64,000 bases of DNA from an uncultured archaeon (GTDB lineage Archaea > Asgardarchaeota > Lokiarchaeia > Sigyniarchaeales > SOKP01), in the NCBI GenBank assembly GCA_964486045.1, contig CAZALK010000020.1, positions 16,985 through 80,984 of the forward strand, in the 5' to 3' direction. The position numbers were made by a program, and so were the translations under genes. Below are positions 1 through 9,962 of the stretch, piece after piece; the stretch's first letter is position 1; each line of letters opens with the position of its first letter. Under the pieces are notes generated by a model. It saw only the letters and a list, made by a program, of their open reading frames with translations. It made no database searches and was not told the DNA's origin.

Positions 1-87
1 GAAAAATTAAAAGAATTTAGATTATCTACTCTTATCTAGTGAAATTCTTATTCAAAGATATGAAAATCACTTAGTAATTTTATAGTT

Positions 88-1305
88 TCAACTACTTTCA
101 TACTTTTTCTTTTTTCTAAATATCAAAAATAAAACTATCGCAATGGATAAAGGAACAGCAATTCCCATAACTAGCATAGCTTGATTTCCCAAAAAGTATA
201 ACACTAATCCTGATATAGGTGCTCCCAGTGCAATTCCCGCAACAACTAACGCATAAAAAGTACCAGTGGCAACACCTCTGTTATGTTTTTCAGTATTATT
301 TCTCATAATTCCAGCTGAAGTAGGGAAAATCATTCCATGCCCAATTCCAAAAATAATCATCCCAAATATTGGAAGTGGTGAGATCACTGAAATTGTTAAT
401 ACGAGAAAACTAAGGGAGACAAATAATAATCCATAAATCATTATTTTTGATTTTCCTTTCTTATCACTCAATATGCCTGATGGGTAATGAACCAATATTG
501 ATAATAACACTAAAACACTAAAAATCATTCCAATTTGACCATCGGTATAACTAGAATCCTTAAGAAGAATTGAGTATGTCGCTGTAATAATACCTAGATT
601 AAAATTCAACGCTAAAATGCCTAAATATGGAGAAATCATCTTCTTAGAGGCAATTACTTCCCTAAAAATAGCAAGTTCCTTCTTTAAACTTAATTTCTCT
701 TTAATTGGTTGATAGATTGTTGGTAGAACAAATGATAATGCCGCCATAACAAACAATAATATTGAGATAATAAGAAATAAATTCTTATAACCAATTTGTG
801 TAGCACCCACACCCCCAATCATAAAGCCAAATAGGAGTGCTATCCCAAATGAAATTCCATATAATGCCATTCCTCTCCCACTTTTCTCTTTTGGTGTTGC
901 ATCAGATAGATATGCCATTGTTCCTGGGCCTCCAAAACCACCACCTAATCCATGAAAAATCCTAGCAAAAAGTAAAAAATAAGGATCTTGAGCAAGCGAA
1001 TATAATAAAATTGATATTCCGTCTAAAACAATACCAATCGTAATTAAAACTTTTCTCCCAAATTTGTCAACTAATCTTCCTGAAATGATATTCGCTGGTA
1101 TGTGAACCATTGAATAAGCACCAACAATAAAAGAAGCAAGTATAACTGACGCCCCCAAACTAATAGCGTAATTAGAGATAATTGGAATCGCTACTGTGCT
1201 ATCAAAATTCACTATAAAGGTTAATGACAATAATACAATGTAATGCTTTCTTCCAATTTTCGATGTCTTAGATATGCTAATTTCTTTACTTTTTCCCGAT
1301 CTCAA
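88..1305 (-). CDS. MFS-type transporter
   Basis: 405-aa ORF with a hydrophobic multi-pass profile. The loop motif SGRLVDKFGRK fits the MFS TM2-TM3 signature (G-x-x-x-D-x-x-G-R-K). The gene ends in TGA. Confidence 0.8.
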   Translation of the reverse strand: MRSGKSKEISISKTSKIGRKHYIVLLSLTFIVNFDSTVAIPIISNYAISLGASVILASFIVGAYSMVHIPANIISGRLVDKFGRKVLITIGIVLDGISILLYSLAQDPYFLLFARIFHGLGGGFGGPGTMAYLSDATPKEKSGRGMALYGISFGIALLFGFMIGGVGATQIGYKNLFLIISILLFVMAALSFVLPTIYQPIKEKLSLKKELAIFREVIASKKMISPYLGILALNFNLGIITATYSILLKDSSYTDGQIGMIFSVLVLLSILVHYPSGILSDKKGKSKIMIYGLLFVSLSFLVLTISVISPLPIFGMIIFGIGHGMIFPTSAGIMRNNTEKHNRGVATGTFYALVVAGIALGAPISGLVLYFLGNQAMLVMGIAVPLSIAIVLFLIFRKKKKYESS

Positions 1306-1579
1306 TGTCGCGTATTTTATTACTTATGTTTTTTTCTAAAATTATGTTAATTTTTGAGTGATTTCTTAATATTGATAGTACGTTATTGAAATATCAAAAT
1401 TATTATTACAATTTAAAATTGATTTTTTAATTCCCTTCAGATAAATCCATATTTTAGTCATTTAGGACAAGCAAATGTATACTAGAAAATAAAACTCATT
1501 AATGTTATAGTTCAAAGAGTTTCGAATAAAATTTCAGTAAGCTTAAATTAAAATTCCAATTAAAATACTTGAGCATATT

Positions 1580-1912
1580 ATGGGATCTTCTAAAAACCGT
1601 TTAGAAAGGGAGAGGGAAACAATGAATACGATGATTTACATGTATTGTAAGAACAATCATGATTCTAAAGATATATTATGTCAAGATTGTTCAGAGCTTT
1701 TGGAATATTCTGGAGAAAGACTCAAATATTGCCGGTTTGGTGAAAATAAACCTACTTGCGAGAAATGCCCGATACATTGTTATAAACCTGCTACTAGAGA
1801 AAATATTCGAAAAGTAATGCGTTATGCTGGACCTCGAATGATTTATACACACCCTATTATGGGATTTCGGCATCTATTTAGAAAAATTAAAAAATTTGAA
1901 AATTCCGATTAA
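1580..1912 (+). CDS. nitrous-oxide-stimulated promoter family (YgbA-like) cysteine-rich protein
   Basis: 110 aa. CKNNH..CQDC..LKYCRFGENKPTCEKCPIHCYKP..IRKVMRYAGPRM matches the Cys pattern and the VMRY-GPRM block I associate with the YgbA_NO family. Confidence 0.7.
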   Translation: MGSSKNRLERERETMNTMIYMYCKNNHDSKDILCQDCSELLEYSGERLKYCRFGENKPTCEKCPIHCYKPATRENIRKVMRYAGPRMIYTHPIMGFRHLFRKIKKFENSD

Positions 1913-1976
1913 CTTGTTTTTATTTTTCTTCCCATCGTTTATTTGAGAATATGGGTTCCAAAATCTAAAAATCAAA

Positions 1977-2213
1977 ATGGAAAGCATTAAGAAATTTGGT
2001 GTTGATGCTATTATCGTAAATTGTCCTGCATGTTTTCAGCAATTTAATACTCGACAAAGGGATCTTTCTAAAAATTTTGAAGCAGAGGTTAACATTTCTA
2101 TCTTATATTTGACTGAATTATACGCCTTAGCGATTGGAGTTAATCCAGACGAGTTAAGATTAAAATTTCATCGAACAAGATTGATTGCAGTTCTAGAAAA
2201 GCTTGGAATATAG
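1977..2213 (+). pseudogene. isolated C-terminal CCG-domain fragment (HdrB/GlpC-like), probable gene remnant
   Basis: 78 aa. GVDAIIVNCPACFQQF is the typical C-terminal CCG-domain block of HdrB-type subunits, which are about 300 aa. The upstream in-frame sequence hits TGA at 1944-1946, and what lies before it is not HdrB-like. Confidence 0.4.
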
Positions 2214-2348
2214 AAAAAGGACTCAATATCATAATAATTACTTTTTTTTATTTTCTAATTTTTAGCTCTTTAGTACTGTAAAATTTAAATAATAATGAAT
2301 TCTTTAGTAAATTGGAGTTTTTAAATGTTTTAAATCAAGAACTCTATC

Positions 2349-3206
2349 TTGGTATGTTTTAAGAATATAAGAATTTATCAACCCATTTTAAGAGAAAATA
2401 TAAAGATGATTCTCTATAATTTAAATCGAGAAGCTCCTTGGTTTTACCACCATATTGAAAATTACTATCATCTATTTTTGAATATTAGATTTAATAATAG
2501 AATAATTACTGAAAGATTGATAAATTTTTCAATAGAATTGGATATCCAAGGATTTGAAGGTATTATTTTTTATATGTATAAGCCACATCCTAGAAAGATA
2601 ATATTCGACATATATAACCATTCAATTGATCAAACCCATAAGATTGATAACTTAAATTACATATTAAATAAGCAACCACTGAATTCATTTGATTTTGCAA
2701 TCATACCTTTTGGCTATTTTAAAGATGAGCATAAATTTAGATTATCAATAACTAATAAAGAATTAGAATCAAGTTTTGATATCTTTTCTTGGGCGCCATC
2801 AAAAATTTACAAAAATGTGAAATCTGTTATTAAAATAGATAATCGATATAGAGAGTTAATACCCATTGATGATTATAAAGGATTTTTTTTTCAAGTAGAC
2901 GGTTCGTTTAAAGGGAATGAAACTGGACGTTTATTCGATTTGATTAATCATCTTGTTGAATTAGATAAGAGTACTGATGAAATTAGTAAGAAATCTGCCT
3001 TTGAGCCTATGGATTTAGAAATAAAAACTTTAGTGTCTAAAACTAATGAGTTTTTATTTGAATTATGCAAAAAAACAGTTCCGCTAGGAATCAAAAACAT
3101 ATTACGAGAATTAGAAAGACTTAAATTCAATATTGACAGTCTGTCGAAAGAAGAAATCTTTAATTGGCTTGATGACCTGATTGATTTTTATGCTAGGAGA
3201 GAATAA
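2349..3206 (+). CDS. hypothetical protein
   Basis: Long ORF with no recognisable motif. The real start is more likely the ATG at 2406 (MILYNLNRE). Confidence 0.5.
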   Translation: MVCFKNIRIYQPILRENIKMILYNLNREAPWFYHHIENYYHLFLNIRFNNRIITERLINFSIELDIQGFEGIIFYMYKPHPRKIIFDIYNHSIDQTHKIDNLNYILNKQPLNSFDFAIIPFGYFKDEHKFRLSITNKELESSFDIFSWAPSKIYKNVKSVIKIDNRYRELIPIDDYKGFFFQVDGSFKGNETGRLFDLINHLVELDKSTDEISKKSAFEPMDLEIKTLVSKTNEFLFELCKKTVPLGIKNILRELERLKFNIDSLSKEEIFNWLDDLIDFYARRE

Positions 3207-3353
3207 AGTATAAGAAAAATATTAAATTGGATTTCAGATCAGAGATAAGCGTCTATTCATCTCTGTGTTTAATTTTATTGAATATTACATGAATTAAAGC
3301 TCCAATGAAATAAATTATTCCGATAAATAGTAACCCAAATTTTAGTGTCGCGC

Positions 3354-3758
3354 TTAATGATGCAATGAATGCATTCCATTCGTTATGAAAGATCGAGACA
3401 TAATTAATAAATTCACATTTTCAATTATATCGAAAATTCCTGTTAAAAATGGTGTAACAACAATATAAGTCCCAATTGTCTGTATTTTGTTTTCGGATTT
3501 TTGTAATACTAGAACTACAAGGCTAAATGCCAATGAAACATAGCCAATTATAAATAAGAAGTCCCAAAAAATCGCTATTTTCTGACTGGCAATGCCTTCA
3601 TAATCCCACACTTCAAAAATTTTCTCAACTTGACTAGAATTCCAGGCAAATTCATAATCTAATATTCCATAAGTCGAAACTGTTGAATCGATGGGGATAA
3701 ATACGAAGATTTCTACTAAAAATACTATTAGAAATCCTACTGCAGTAAGTATAAACAA
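3354..3758 (-). CDS. hypothetical membrane protein
   Basis: 134 aa with about 4 hydrophobic segments and no recognisable family. Confidence 0.45.
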   Translation of the reverse strand: MFILTAVGFLIVFLVEIFVFIPIDSTVSTYGILDYEFAWNSSQVEKIFEVWDYEGIASQKIAIFWDFLFIIGYVSLAFSLVVLVLQKSENKIQTIGTYIVVTPFLTGIFDIIENVNLLIMSRSFITNGMHSLHH

Positions 3759-3969
3759 TAGTTTTATTTTCGGAAATTCCTTAAATTTATCTAAAAACAG
3801 TTTATATTTTCACGTTTTAACTTGATAATTTTCATGAGACTCATTTAAACATAATATTGTTTTCAAAATACTTAAAACTAAATAATTTACTTTTATAGAG
3901 AATCATTAATTTTAATTGGCTCGGTTTATTTTCAATAGTGTAATAAATAAAACTAATTAAAATGCTATT

Positions 3970-4212
3970 ATGTGTTTAGCTATACCCGGGAAAATCTTGA
4001 AGATTGATGGGAATTCTGCTTTAGTTGATTTTAATGGCCTTACGCAAAATGTGATAGTTGTTTTAATTCAAAATCCCGAAGTGGGTAAATTCGTTATTGT
4101 TCACGCGGGTTATGCTATTGAAATGATGAATGAGAAAGATGCCCTAGAATCAATTGAACAATGGAAAGAACTTGCTGAAGAACAGAATTTAGATTTGTCC
4201 GATATATTATAA
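3970..4212 (+). CDS. hypC: [NiFe]-hydrogenase maturation chaperone HypC/HupF
   Basis: 80 aa. It has the canonical N-terminus MCLAIPGKI with the essential Cys2, and HypC-like length and fold pattern. Confidence 0.9.
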   Translation: MCLAIPGKILKIDGNSALVDFNGLTQNVIVVLIQNPEVGKFVIVHAGYAIEMMNEKDALESIEQWKELAEEQNLDLSDIL

Positions 4213-4228
4213 TAAACTTAATCAACTT

Positions 4229-5032
4229 TTATAAATCAAATAACTCTGATTTTAGTTTTTTTAATTTTCTATAGAGATTCTTAATCGCTTTAATACCCTC
4301 TGAATTTGAGTTAAAGTCGATAGGAGATTCTCCTTTCAAGTCCGCTCTGCCTATTTCGGGGTCAATATTGATTGAATGGTAAAGTGGGATATCCCAATTC
4401 TTTATCCGTTGATTAATTATTTCTAATTGAGTGTCATCGGTTAATTTATTTGCAATAAGATAGATATTAATAACTCCTAATTTTTTGGATAATTCTATAA
4501 TTTTCTTACACAAATCTAATGATTTTTGGGAAGGTTCCGTTATTACTAACATTACGTCAATTCCTTTTGCTGTCCCCCTACCTAAATGTTCTAAACCCGC
4601 CTCAAAATCAACGATTATAACTTCTTCTCTCTTTACAATTAAATTATAAAGTAATGTCCTAATTAATGCATTTTCAGGACAAAGGCATCCGGTCGCAGGT
4701 TCTTCAATAGAACCCAATACTAGAAGTTGTAACCCATCTGGTCCTGAAATCTTATACTTATCTGGGATATCTGAAACCTTTGGGTTAATGTTATATATAC
4801 CTGATCCTGCCCCGTTGACACTTACTCTCTCGTCAATAAGTGTTTTCATTTCTGAGATAGGAACTATTTTTTTTTTTGTCTCATTTTCAATTCCTAATGT
4901 ATAACTAAGATTCATAGCAGAATCATTATCAATCGCCAGAACCTCATAGCCATCTTTAGCAAACATTCTTGCCAAAGTACCGGCAACTAACGTTTTTCCG
5001 ACACCTCCCTTTCCTGAAACCGCAATTTTTAT
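4229..5032 (-). CDS. cooC: CooC-type nickel-insertion accessory ATPase (MinD/ParA P-loop family)
   Basis: The track ORF (4229..4975) lacks the Walker A. The in-frame upstream extension reads IKIAVSGKGGVGKTLVAGTLA (deviant Walker A). An ATGCLCPENA Cys-x-Cys motif as in CooC is present. There is no ATG/GTG/TTG upstream of the P-loop; the candidate ATA at 5032..5030 lies 8 nt after GGTG. Confidence 0.7.
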   Translation of the reverse strand: MKIAVSGKGGVGKTLVAGTLARMFAKDGYEVLAIDNDSAMNLSYTLGIENETKKKIVPISEMKTLIDERVSVNGAGSGIYNINPKVSDIPDKYKISGPDGLQLLVLGSIEEPATGCLCPENALIRTLLYNLIVKREEVIIVDFEAGLEHLGRGTAKGIDVMLVITEPSQKSLDLCKKIIELSKKLGVINIYLIANKLTDDTQLEIINQRIKNWDIPLYHSINIDPEIGRADLKGESPIDFNSNSEGIKAIKNLYRKLKKLKSELFDL

Positions 5033-5274
5033 AGTTCTAGCACCACATAATTGTTAAATATCAAAATCTTTTTGATATTAAATTTTATTCAATTTATATA
5101 AAATTTACTACGATAATAATATCATCTATTCTACTGTCTAGTAGTTAGATTAATAAATGATGACATAAGTAATTCCTAAACGATTTGGGTAGAGGAAATT
5201 ATTAAAAACTAGTAAAATAATTAAAAATTAATAATTAATATATCAATTTATGTATTAAAATTTTTTATCAATTA

Positions 5275-6096
5275 TTGATTATGACAGAGTCAAGAAATAG
5301 AGGACTTGCTCCGAAGAATGATGTTGAGCACGCTTATTTTAGTGGCATGATTATTCAACGAGTTCGTAATTTCGTAAAAAATGATAGTGTCAATGAACTC
5401 GTCAATTGGGGATATGGATCAAGTAGTAGAACGATTGATCCTAAAACTGTAAAGATCAAAGGAGATCGGGGTACTAATGGAATTTTTACTGCGTTTAAAT
5501 CAGAAAACGCTGAACTTTACCAATCACTGTTACCAAAACAGCTTGCAATACCAGAAAAGCCCATTATCTCTTTAGTTACAGTAGATTACAATACTGGTAA
5601 TTCTATAACCCGTTACAATGAAGGTATGGTTATGATAAAGGGTATATGTCCTGATGGTGAAGAAACTTGGTTTGTATTGAGTATGCCCGTTGAAACATGG
5701 TTAATGATGGAAATGGGAGTGGACTGGGGTTTTCCAAAACAAATTTTTGATATTACAGTCGCAAAAGAGAATACTTTAGTCTTGAATAAAGGTGTTAAAC
5801 ATTTAGCTCTTGACCTAACTCCAGACTCCTCTTTAAAGAAGGAAGACATTCTTATTCCTAAAGGAGATGCTTGGGGAATTAATAATATGGCAGTAATTCA
5901 CCCTGTTAGAAAAGATATTTTGTTGAGATTTTCTTATGGGCCCATAAGCGTTCAAGAAAGGGTACAAGGAATAGTGAGAGTCTCAATTGATCGAAAACAA
6001 TCTTGGGCGGAATTAATTCCTGAAGGTTTAAACATTCCTGGTGTGTCACAGAGATATGTACCTGTTGGAGACTCATTGATAAAAAAAGTCTTTTAA
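5275..6096 (+). CDS. acetoacetate decarboxylase (ADC) family protein
   Basis: 273 aa. EMGVDWGFPKQ resembles the catalytic-Lys block (GRE-x-x-x-YPKK) of ADC-family proteins, and the length is compatible. Confidence 0.5.
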   Translation: MIMTESRNRGLAPKNDVEHAYFSGMIIQRVRNFVKNDSVNELVNWGYGSSSRTIDPKTVKIKGDRGTNGIFTAFKSENAELYQSLLPKQLAIPEKPIISLVTVDYNTGNSITRYNEGMVMIKGICPDGEETWFVLSMPVETWLMMEMGVDWGFPKQIFDITVAKENTLVLNKGVKHLALDLTPDSSLKKEDILIPKGDAWGINNMAVIHPVRKDILLRFSYGPISVQERVQGIVRVSIDRKQSWAELIPEGLNIPGVSQRYVPVGDSLIKKVF

Positions 6097-6136
6097 AATC
6101 GGTGAAATTTTTATTTCAAAACCGTTAAAAGTAGGG

Positions 6137-7192
6137 TTGGTAGGAACAGGAGCAATGGGATATGCTCATTTACAAGCTTATCTTAAATATCCTGAAAAAA
6201 TCAAATTAGTAGCAGTTTGTGATTTACAAGAACAAGCTGCTAAAGCATATGCAAAAGCCGCAAAAATATCGTCTATTTACACTGATTTTGAAAAGATGCT
6301 AAAACAAGAGGATATCGATGCGGTTGATATATGTACCATCCATGATCAACATAAATACGAAACGATTTTAGCTGCTGAAACAGGTAAACACATATTACTT
6401 GAAAAACCCATGGCTTGTTCAATGAAGGATTGTCGAGACATGGTTCAAGCAACTAAAAAAGCCGGAGTTACTTATATGATGGCTCAAGTTCTTCGATATC
6501 TACCTTCCTCTCAGGCTGTATTAAGTCTTATGGAGAATAAGGAAATCGGTTCTATTAATGCGGTACGAGGAGACTCTATTCTAAAACAATCCTTGATTTT
6601 ACCTCATGATCATTGGATGTTTGATGGTAATCGTGCAGGCGGAGGTGTTTTGATTACACTTTCAATCCATATGATAGATCTTTTAAGGTATTTTATTGGA
6701 GATGTGAGAAAAGTCAATGGTATCTGTAAAAATTTTAACCATTTATTTGTAAATGACGCTGAAGACTTCTCAAGTGCTACTTTAGAATTCAAAACTGGGA
6801 CAATTGGGAATATCTTTGGAAGTCTTTCAATTGGGAGAACTCCTTGGAATATAAAATACATGATTTTTGGTGATTCTGGGACAATTTATTCAAATCCTCC
6901 TCCCATAAAAAAAGGACACTATCAAATCGGTAATGCGATGTTATCATCTAAAAAATTAGATTTGGAGGATAAAACAACTCAGAAAGGAAAGTTTATACCA
7001 ATAAATCAGGATTCAACAAAAGTCGTAAGCGAAAATCCATTTATTAACGAAGTTATTCATTTTGCTGATTGCTGTCAAACTAATGAAGAACCAATAAGTA
7101 GCGGGAAAGATAACTTAAATACTATGAAAATAATCTTTGGTATCTATAAATCATCTAAAACTAGTGAAGTGATTAATTTGAATGATATATAA
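6137..7192 (+). CDS. Gfo/Idh/MocA family NAD(P)-dependent oxidoreductase
   Basis: N-terminal Rossmann motif (V)GLVGTGAMG, an EKP motif (LLEKPMA) and a C-terminal alpha/beta domain. It overlaps the next gene by 11 nt. Confidence 0.8.
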   Translation: MVGTGAMGYAHLQAYLKYPEKIKLVAVCDLQEQAAKAYAKAAKISSIYTDFEKMLKQEDIDAVDICTIHDQHKYETILAAETGKHILLEKPMACSMKDCRDMVQATKKAGVTYMMAQVLRYLPSSQAVLSLMENKEIGSINAVRGDSILKQSLILPHDHWMFDGNRAGGGVLITLSIHMIDLLRYFIGDVRKVNGICKNFNHLFVNDAEDFSSATLEFKTGTIGNIFGSLSIGRTPWNIKYMIFGDSGTIYSNPPPIKKGHYQIGNAMLSSKKLDLEDKTTQKGKFIPINQDSTKVVSENPFINEVIHFADCCQTNEEPISSGKDNLNTMKIIFGIYKSSKTSEVINLNDI

Positions 7193-7934
7193 AAATGATT
7201 TGTTAAGAAGAAATTACACATTTGAGCAAGCAAAATTAATTCAAATTAAATATCAAAACTTCATTAAGAGCTCAAATATTGATGTAAATTCTAATGATAC
7301 TACCTCAATAAAGACTATTGCCGGAGTAGATATTTCCTATTATAGCAGAAAAAAAGCTGAATATGGCGTCGCTTGTGCAGTAGCTTGGAATATTGAAAAC
7401 GAATTAATAGAACAATCCTCTTTCAAGAGTGGTATTATTAAGTTTCCATATAGACCGGGATTCCTAGGATTTCGAGAGTGTAGACTACTTGCTAAGGTGA
7501 TCTCTAAACTTCGAAGAAGACCGGATCTTATATTATGTGATGGTCATGGAAAAATCCACCCCCGAAGATTCGGGGAGGCAGTTCACCTTGGTTTTGCTCT
7601 TAATATTCCTACAGTTGGAGTAGCCAAGAATCACTTCATTGGATATTCCGAATGGAATGAAATAAAAAGGTTCAAAGGAAAGAAAACACCTATTTGGGCA
7701 AACAAGCCTTTAAATAAAGCTGTGGAATTATCAAATGAATTGTTAGGGTGTGCTGTTTGCTTAAAAACTGATACCAAACCAGTATTCATTAGCAAAGGTT
7801 ATAAAATAAATCTCGAGGCTGCAGTGGCAATTTGTTTAGCTACAACTAAAAATCATAGACAACCAGAACCGCTTTTTTTGGCAGACCACCTTTCTAGAGC
7901 AAAAACAACTGAAATGCATCCATTAGATATTTAA
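7182..7934 (+). CDS. nfi: endonuclease V
   Basis: IAGVDISY, PYRPGFLGFRE, DLILCDGHGKIHPRRFGEAVHLG and PTVGVAKN match the conserved Nfi blocks. Confidence 0.9.
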   Translation: MIYKNDLLRRNYTFEQAKLIQIKYQNFIKSSNIDVNSNDTTSIKTIAGVDISYYSRKKAEYGVACAVAWNIENELIEQSSFKSGIIKFPYRPGFLGFRECRLLAKVISKLRRRPDLILCDGHGKIHPRRFGEAVHLGFALNIPTVGVAKNHFIGYSEWNEIKRFKGKKTPIWANKPLNKAVELSNELLGCAVCLKTDTKPVFISKGYKINLEAAVAICLATTKNHRQPEPLFLADHLSRAKTTEMHPLDI

Positions 7935-7944
7935 TAATAGTAAA

Positions 7945-9183
7945 TTAGGCCATTTCTCCCAAAACCTTTAGCGCAAGCTCTCTTACATCAATATCTATGT
8001 CTTTCGTGAGCTCTTTTAATAAATCTTTAAAAGCTTTATTCTCAAAACCAAATTTTGTTAGAGCTTTGATAACTTTAAATCTAATTACCCAGTCTTCATC
8101 ATGAAGTAAATCAAGAAATGCTTCATAAACTTTTTCATTTCTTATTTCCCCAAGAATTTTTAAAACAGCTCTTTTGACATCATTATTTTTGTTGTCCAGG
8201 TCTTTAATTAAATTATTAATGACAACTTTTTTGTCAATATCATCCAACAGATTAAACATTCTCTTAAAAAGTGAAATCTGAAACTGTCCTGGAAAGTTAA
8301 AAACTACAGATTTATATTCCCTTTCTATTGGTTGATTAGTATTTCCTTGGTTTAATTCTAATAAAATATTATTCAACCTTCGGTTTTCATTTTGATACTG
8401 GGATAATTCTTCTTTTAGATTGTTAAATTCATCGGTGGTATAAGTCAAGCTTACAGGAGTACCATCATCTGTTTCTAATCTCTGCTTTAAGTATCGAACT
8501 TGCGCTTCGTAATCATCTAATTCTAATGCTAAAGCTTCAATCTTTTGAAATGCTAGGGATAATTCTTCCGAATTCGATTCCTCTTTTTGTTTTTGTGATT
8601 GAATCTTTAACGAATCAATTTTTGTACGTAATATTCCATTTTCTTCCATTAATTGAAAATTCAAAAGCTTCATATTATCAATTTCCTCACTTTCTTCCAT
8701 ATAATCTTGATTGGTAACTTCAAATTCACTTTTTCCAGACTTCATCGAGTTGATTTGACTTTTCAATTCTTCAATTTCACTTCTGAAATTTTCACTTTCT
8801 TCCGTAAATGCAAGTATCAATTCTTGAGCTTGAATCAAATCCTCATTATCTTGGTTAGTAAAATTTCCATCTTTAGAATCCTCAATTTTTAATATCAGCT
8901 CATCGATTTTAGTGTTTTGTTTCTCATTAATTTCGTCTTTCTTAATTAATTTTTGTCTTTGGGAGATAACTAGATCCTTTAAAATGTCAAGTTCACTTGG
9001 AACAGTACCAACATCTAATGTCGTTGAATCAGATTGTTCGCTGATCAACATTTTCTGTTCAGTTATAACACCTTTCAACCGGTTAATCTCTTCATTGAGT
9101 GAGTTAATTTTGGCTTCTAATTCTGCATGGGATTTTGTTTCTTTTTCGACAGTATCAATTATATCTTTAAAATCTTTACTCAT
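7945..9183 (-). CDS. coiled-coil protein with C-terminal HEAT-like (PBS-lyase type) repeats
   Basis: About 270 aa are E/K/L/N-rich with a heptad-like pattern. The C-terminus then reads NNDVKRAVLKILGEI..LHDEDWVIRFKVIKALTKFG..DIDVRELALKVLGE, typical of HEAT_PBS repeats. Confidence 0.6.
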   Translation of the reverse strand: MSKDFKDIIDTVEKETKSHAELEAKINSLNEEINRLKGVITEQKMLISEQSDSTTLDVGTVPSELDILKDLVISQRQKLIKKDEINEKQNTKIDELILKIEDSKDGNFTNQDNEDLIQAQELILAFTEESENFRSEIEELKSQINSMKSGKSEFEVTNQDYMEESEEIDNMKLLNFQLMEENGILRTKIDSLKIQSQKQKEESNSEELSLAFQKIEALALELDDYEAQVRYLKQRLETDDGTPVSLTYTTDEFNNLKEELSQYQNENRRLNNILLELNQGNTNQPIEREYKSVVFNFPGQFQISLFKRMFNLLDDIDKKVVINNLIKDLDNKNNDVKRAVLKILGEIRNEKVYEAFLDLLHDEDWVIRFKVIKALTKFGFENKAFKDLLKELTKDIDIDVRELALKVLGEMA

Positions 9184-9333
9184 GGCTTATACATCTAAAT
9201 AATTGTATTTTATATGAATCAAACTGACTTCAATTATATTAATATCAATATTCATATAATATATTTTAGGTTGCTTCAAACTATAAAAAAGAAAGTGATA
9301 ATTGAGAAAGTGAAAAAAATATCTTTCTTGAAA

Positions 9334-9813
9334 TTATTGAATTTTAATTTCTTTTATTACATCTCCCTTGGCAATAGAATCAATAACTTTTTGATCAGCA
9401 ATAGGATCTACAACACCGCCAAAGATAGTATGTTTATTATTAAGGTGTGTGGTTGGAACATGTGTAATAAAGAATTGAGACCCGTTTGTGTTGGCACCAG
9501 CATTCGCCATAGCTAGAATACCTGGTTTATCAAATTTTCTTCCTGACTGAAACTCGTCAGCAAACGGATATGATGTTTGTCCTCCTTGAAATGGAAATGA
9601 AGTAATATCTTTATTTCTAGGACCACCGGTACCCTTACCCAATGGATCTCCACCTTGAATCATAAAATTTGCGATTACTCTATGAAAGACAATTCCATTA
9701 AAATAACCTTGTTTTGCTAAGAATAAAAAACTAGCTATTGTTAGTGGAGCATCATCATCAAATAACTCAAGATTAATATCTCCCTTATTAGTTACCATCA
9801 CAATTTTAGTCAT
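9334..9813 (-). CDS. cyclophilin-type peptidyl-prolyl cis-trans isomerase
   Basis: FHRVIANFMIQGGDP, GILAMANAG-NTNGSQFFIT and KHTIFG are canonical cyclophilin blocks. Confidence 0.9.
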   Translation of the reverse strand: MTKIVMVTNKGDINLELFDDDAPLTIASFLFLAKQGYFNGIVFHRVIANFMIQGGDPLGKGTGGPRNKDITSFPFQGGQTSYPFADEFQSGRKFDKPGILAMANAGANTNGSQFFITHVPTTHLNNKHTIFGGVVDPIADQKVIDSIAKGDVIKEIKIQ

Positions 9814-9962
9814 ACAATAAGATAAGATTTGGTATTTTTTATTCTTTTTCAGATATAATTATGTTGTACAAGTGTGTTTGATCACAATGAAAAACTTAAA
9901 AGGAAGTACGATTATAAAACTTTATAAAAGGTGGTATTAAGAAATATCATTTAGATCTGAAA

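Noticed and set aside
1944-1946. An in-frame TGA upstream of the HdrB-like fragment, raising the possibility of selenocysteine or a longer gene.
   Set aside because: The sequence upstream of the TGA translates to LFLFFPSFI-type junk with no Hdr similarity, and no SECIS-like context was evident.
3240-3265. A hairpin, CAGAGAT-12 nt-ATCTCTG, between convergent genes. A similar hairpin lies at 54509..54528 (CGTGAAA-GGATGG-TTTCACG), after the first Rab-like gene.
   Set aside because: The stems are only 7 bp and are not followed by a clear oligo-T tract. Archaeal termination relies mainly on T-runs, for example the T10 run at 30330..30339. The support is too weak to call terminators.
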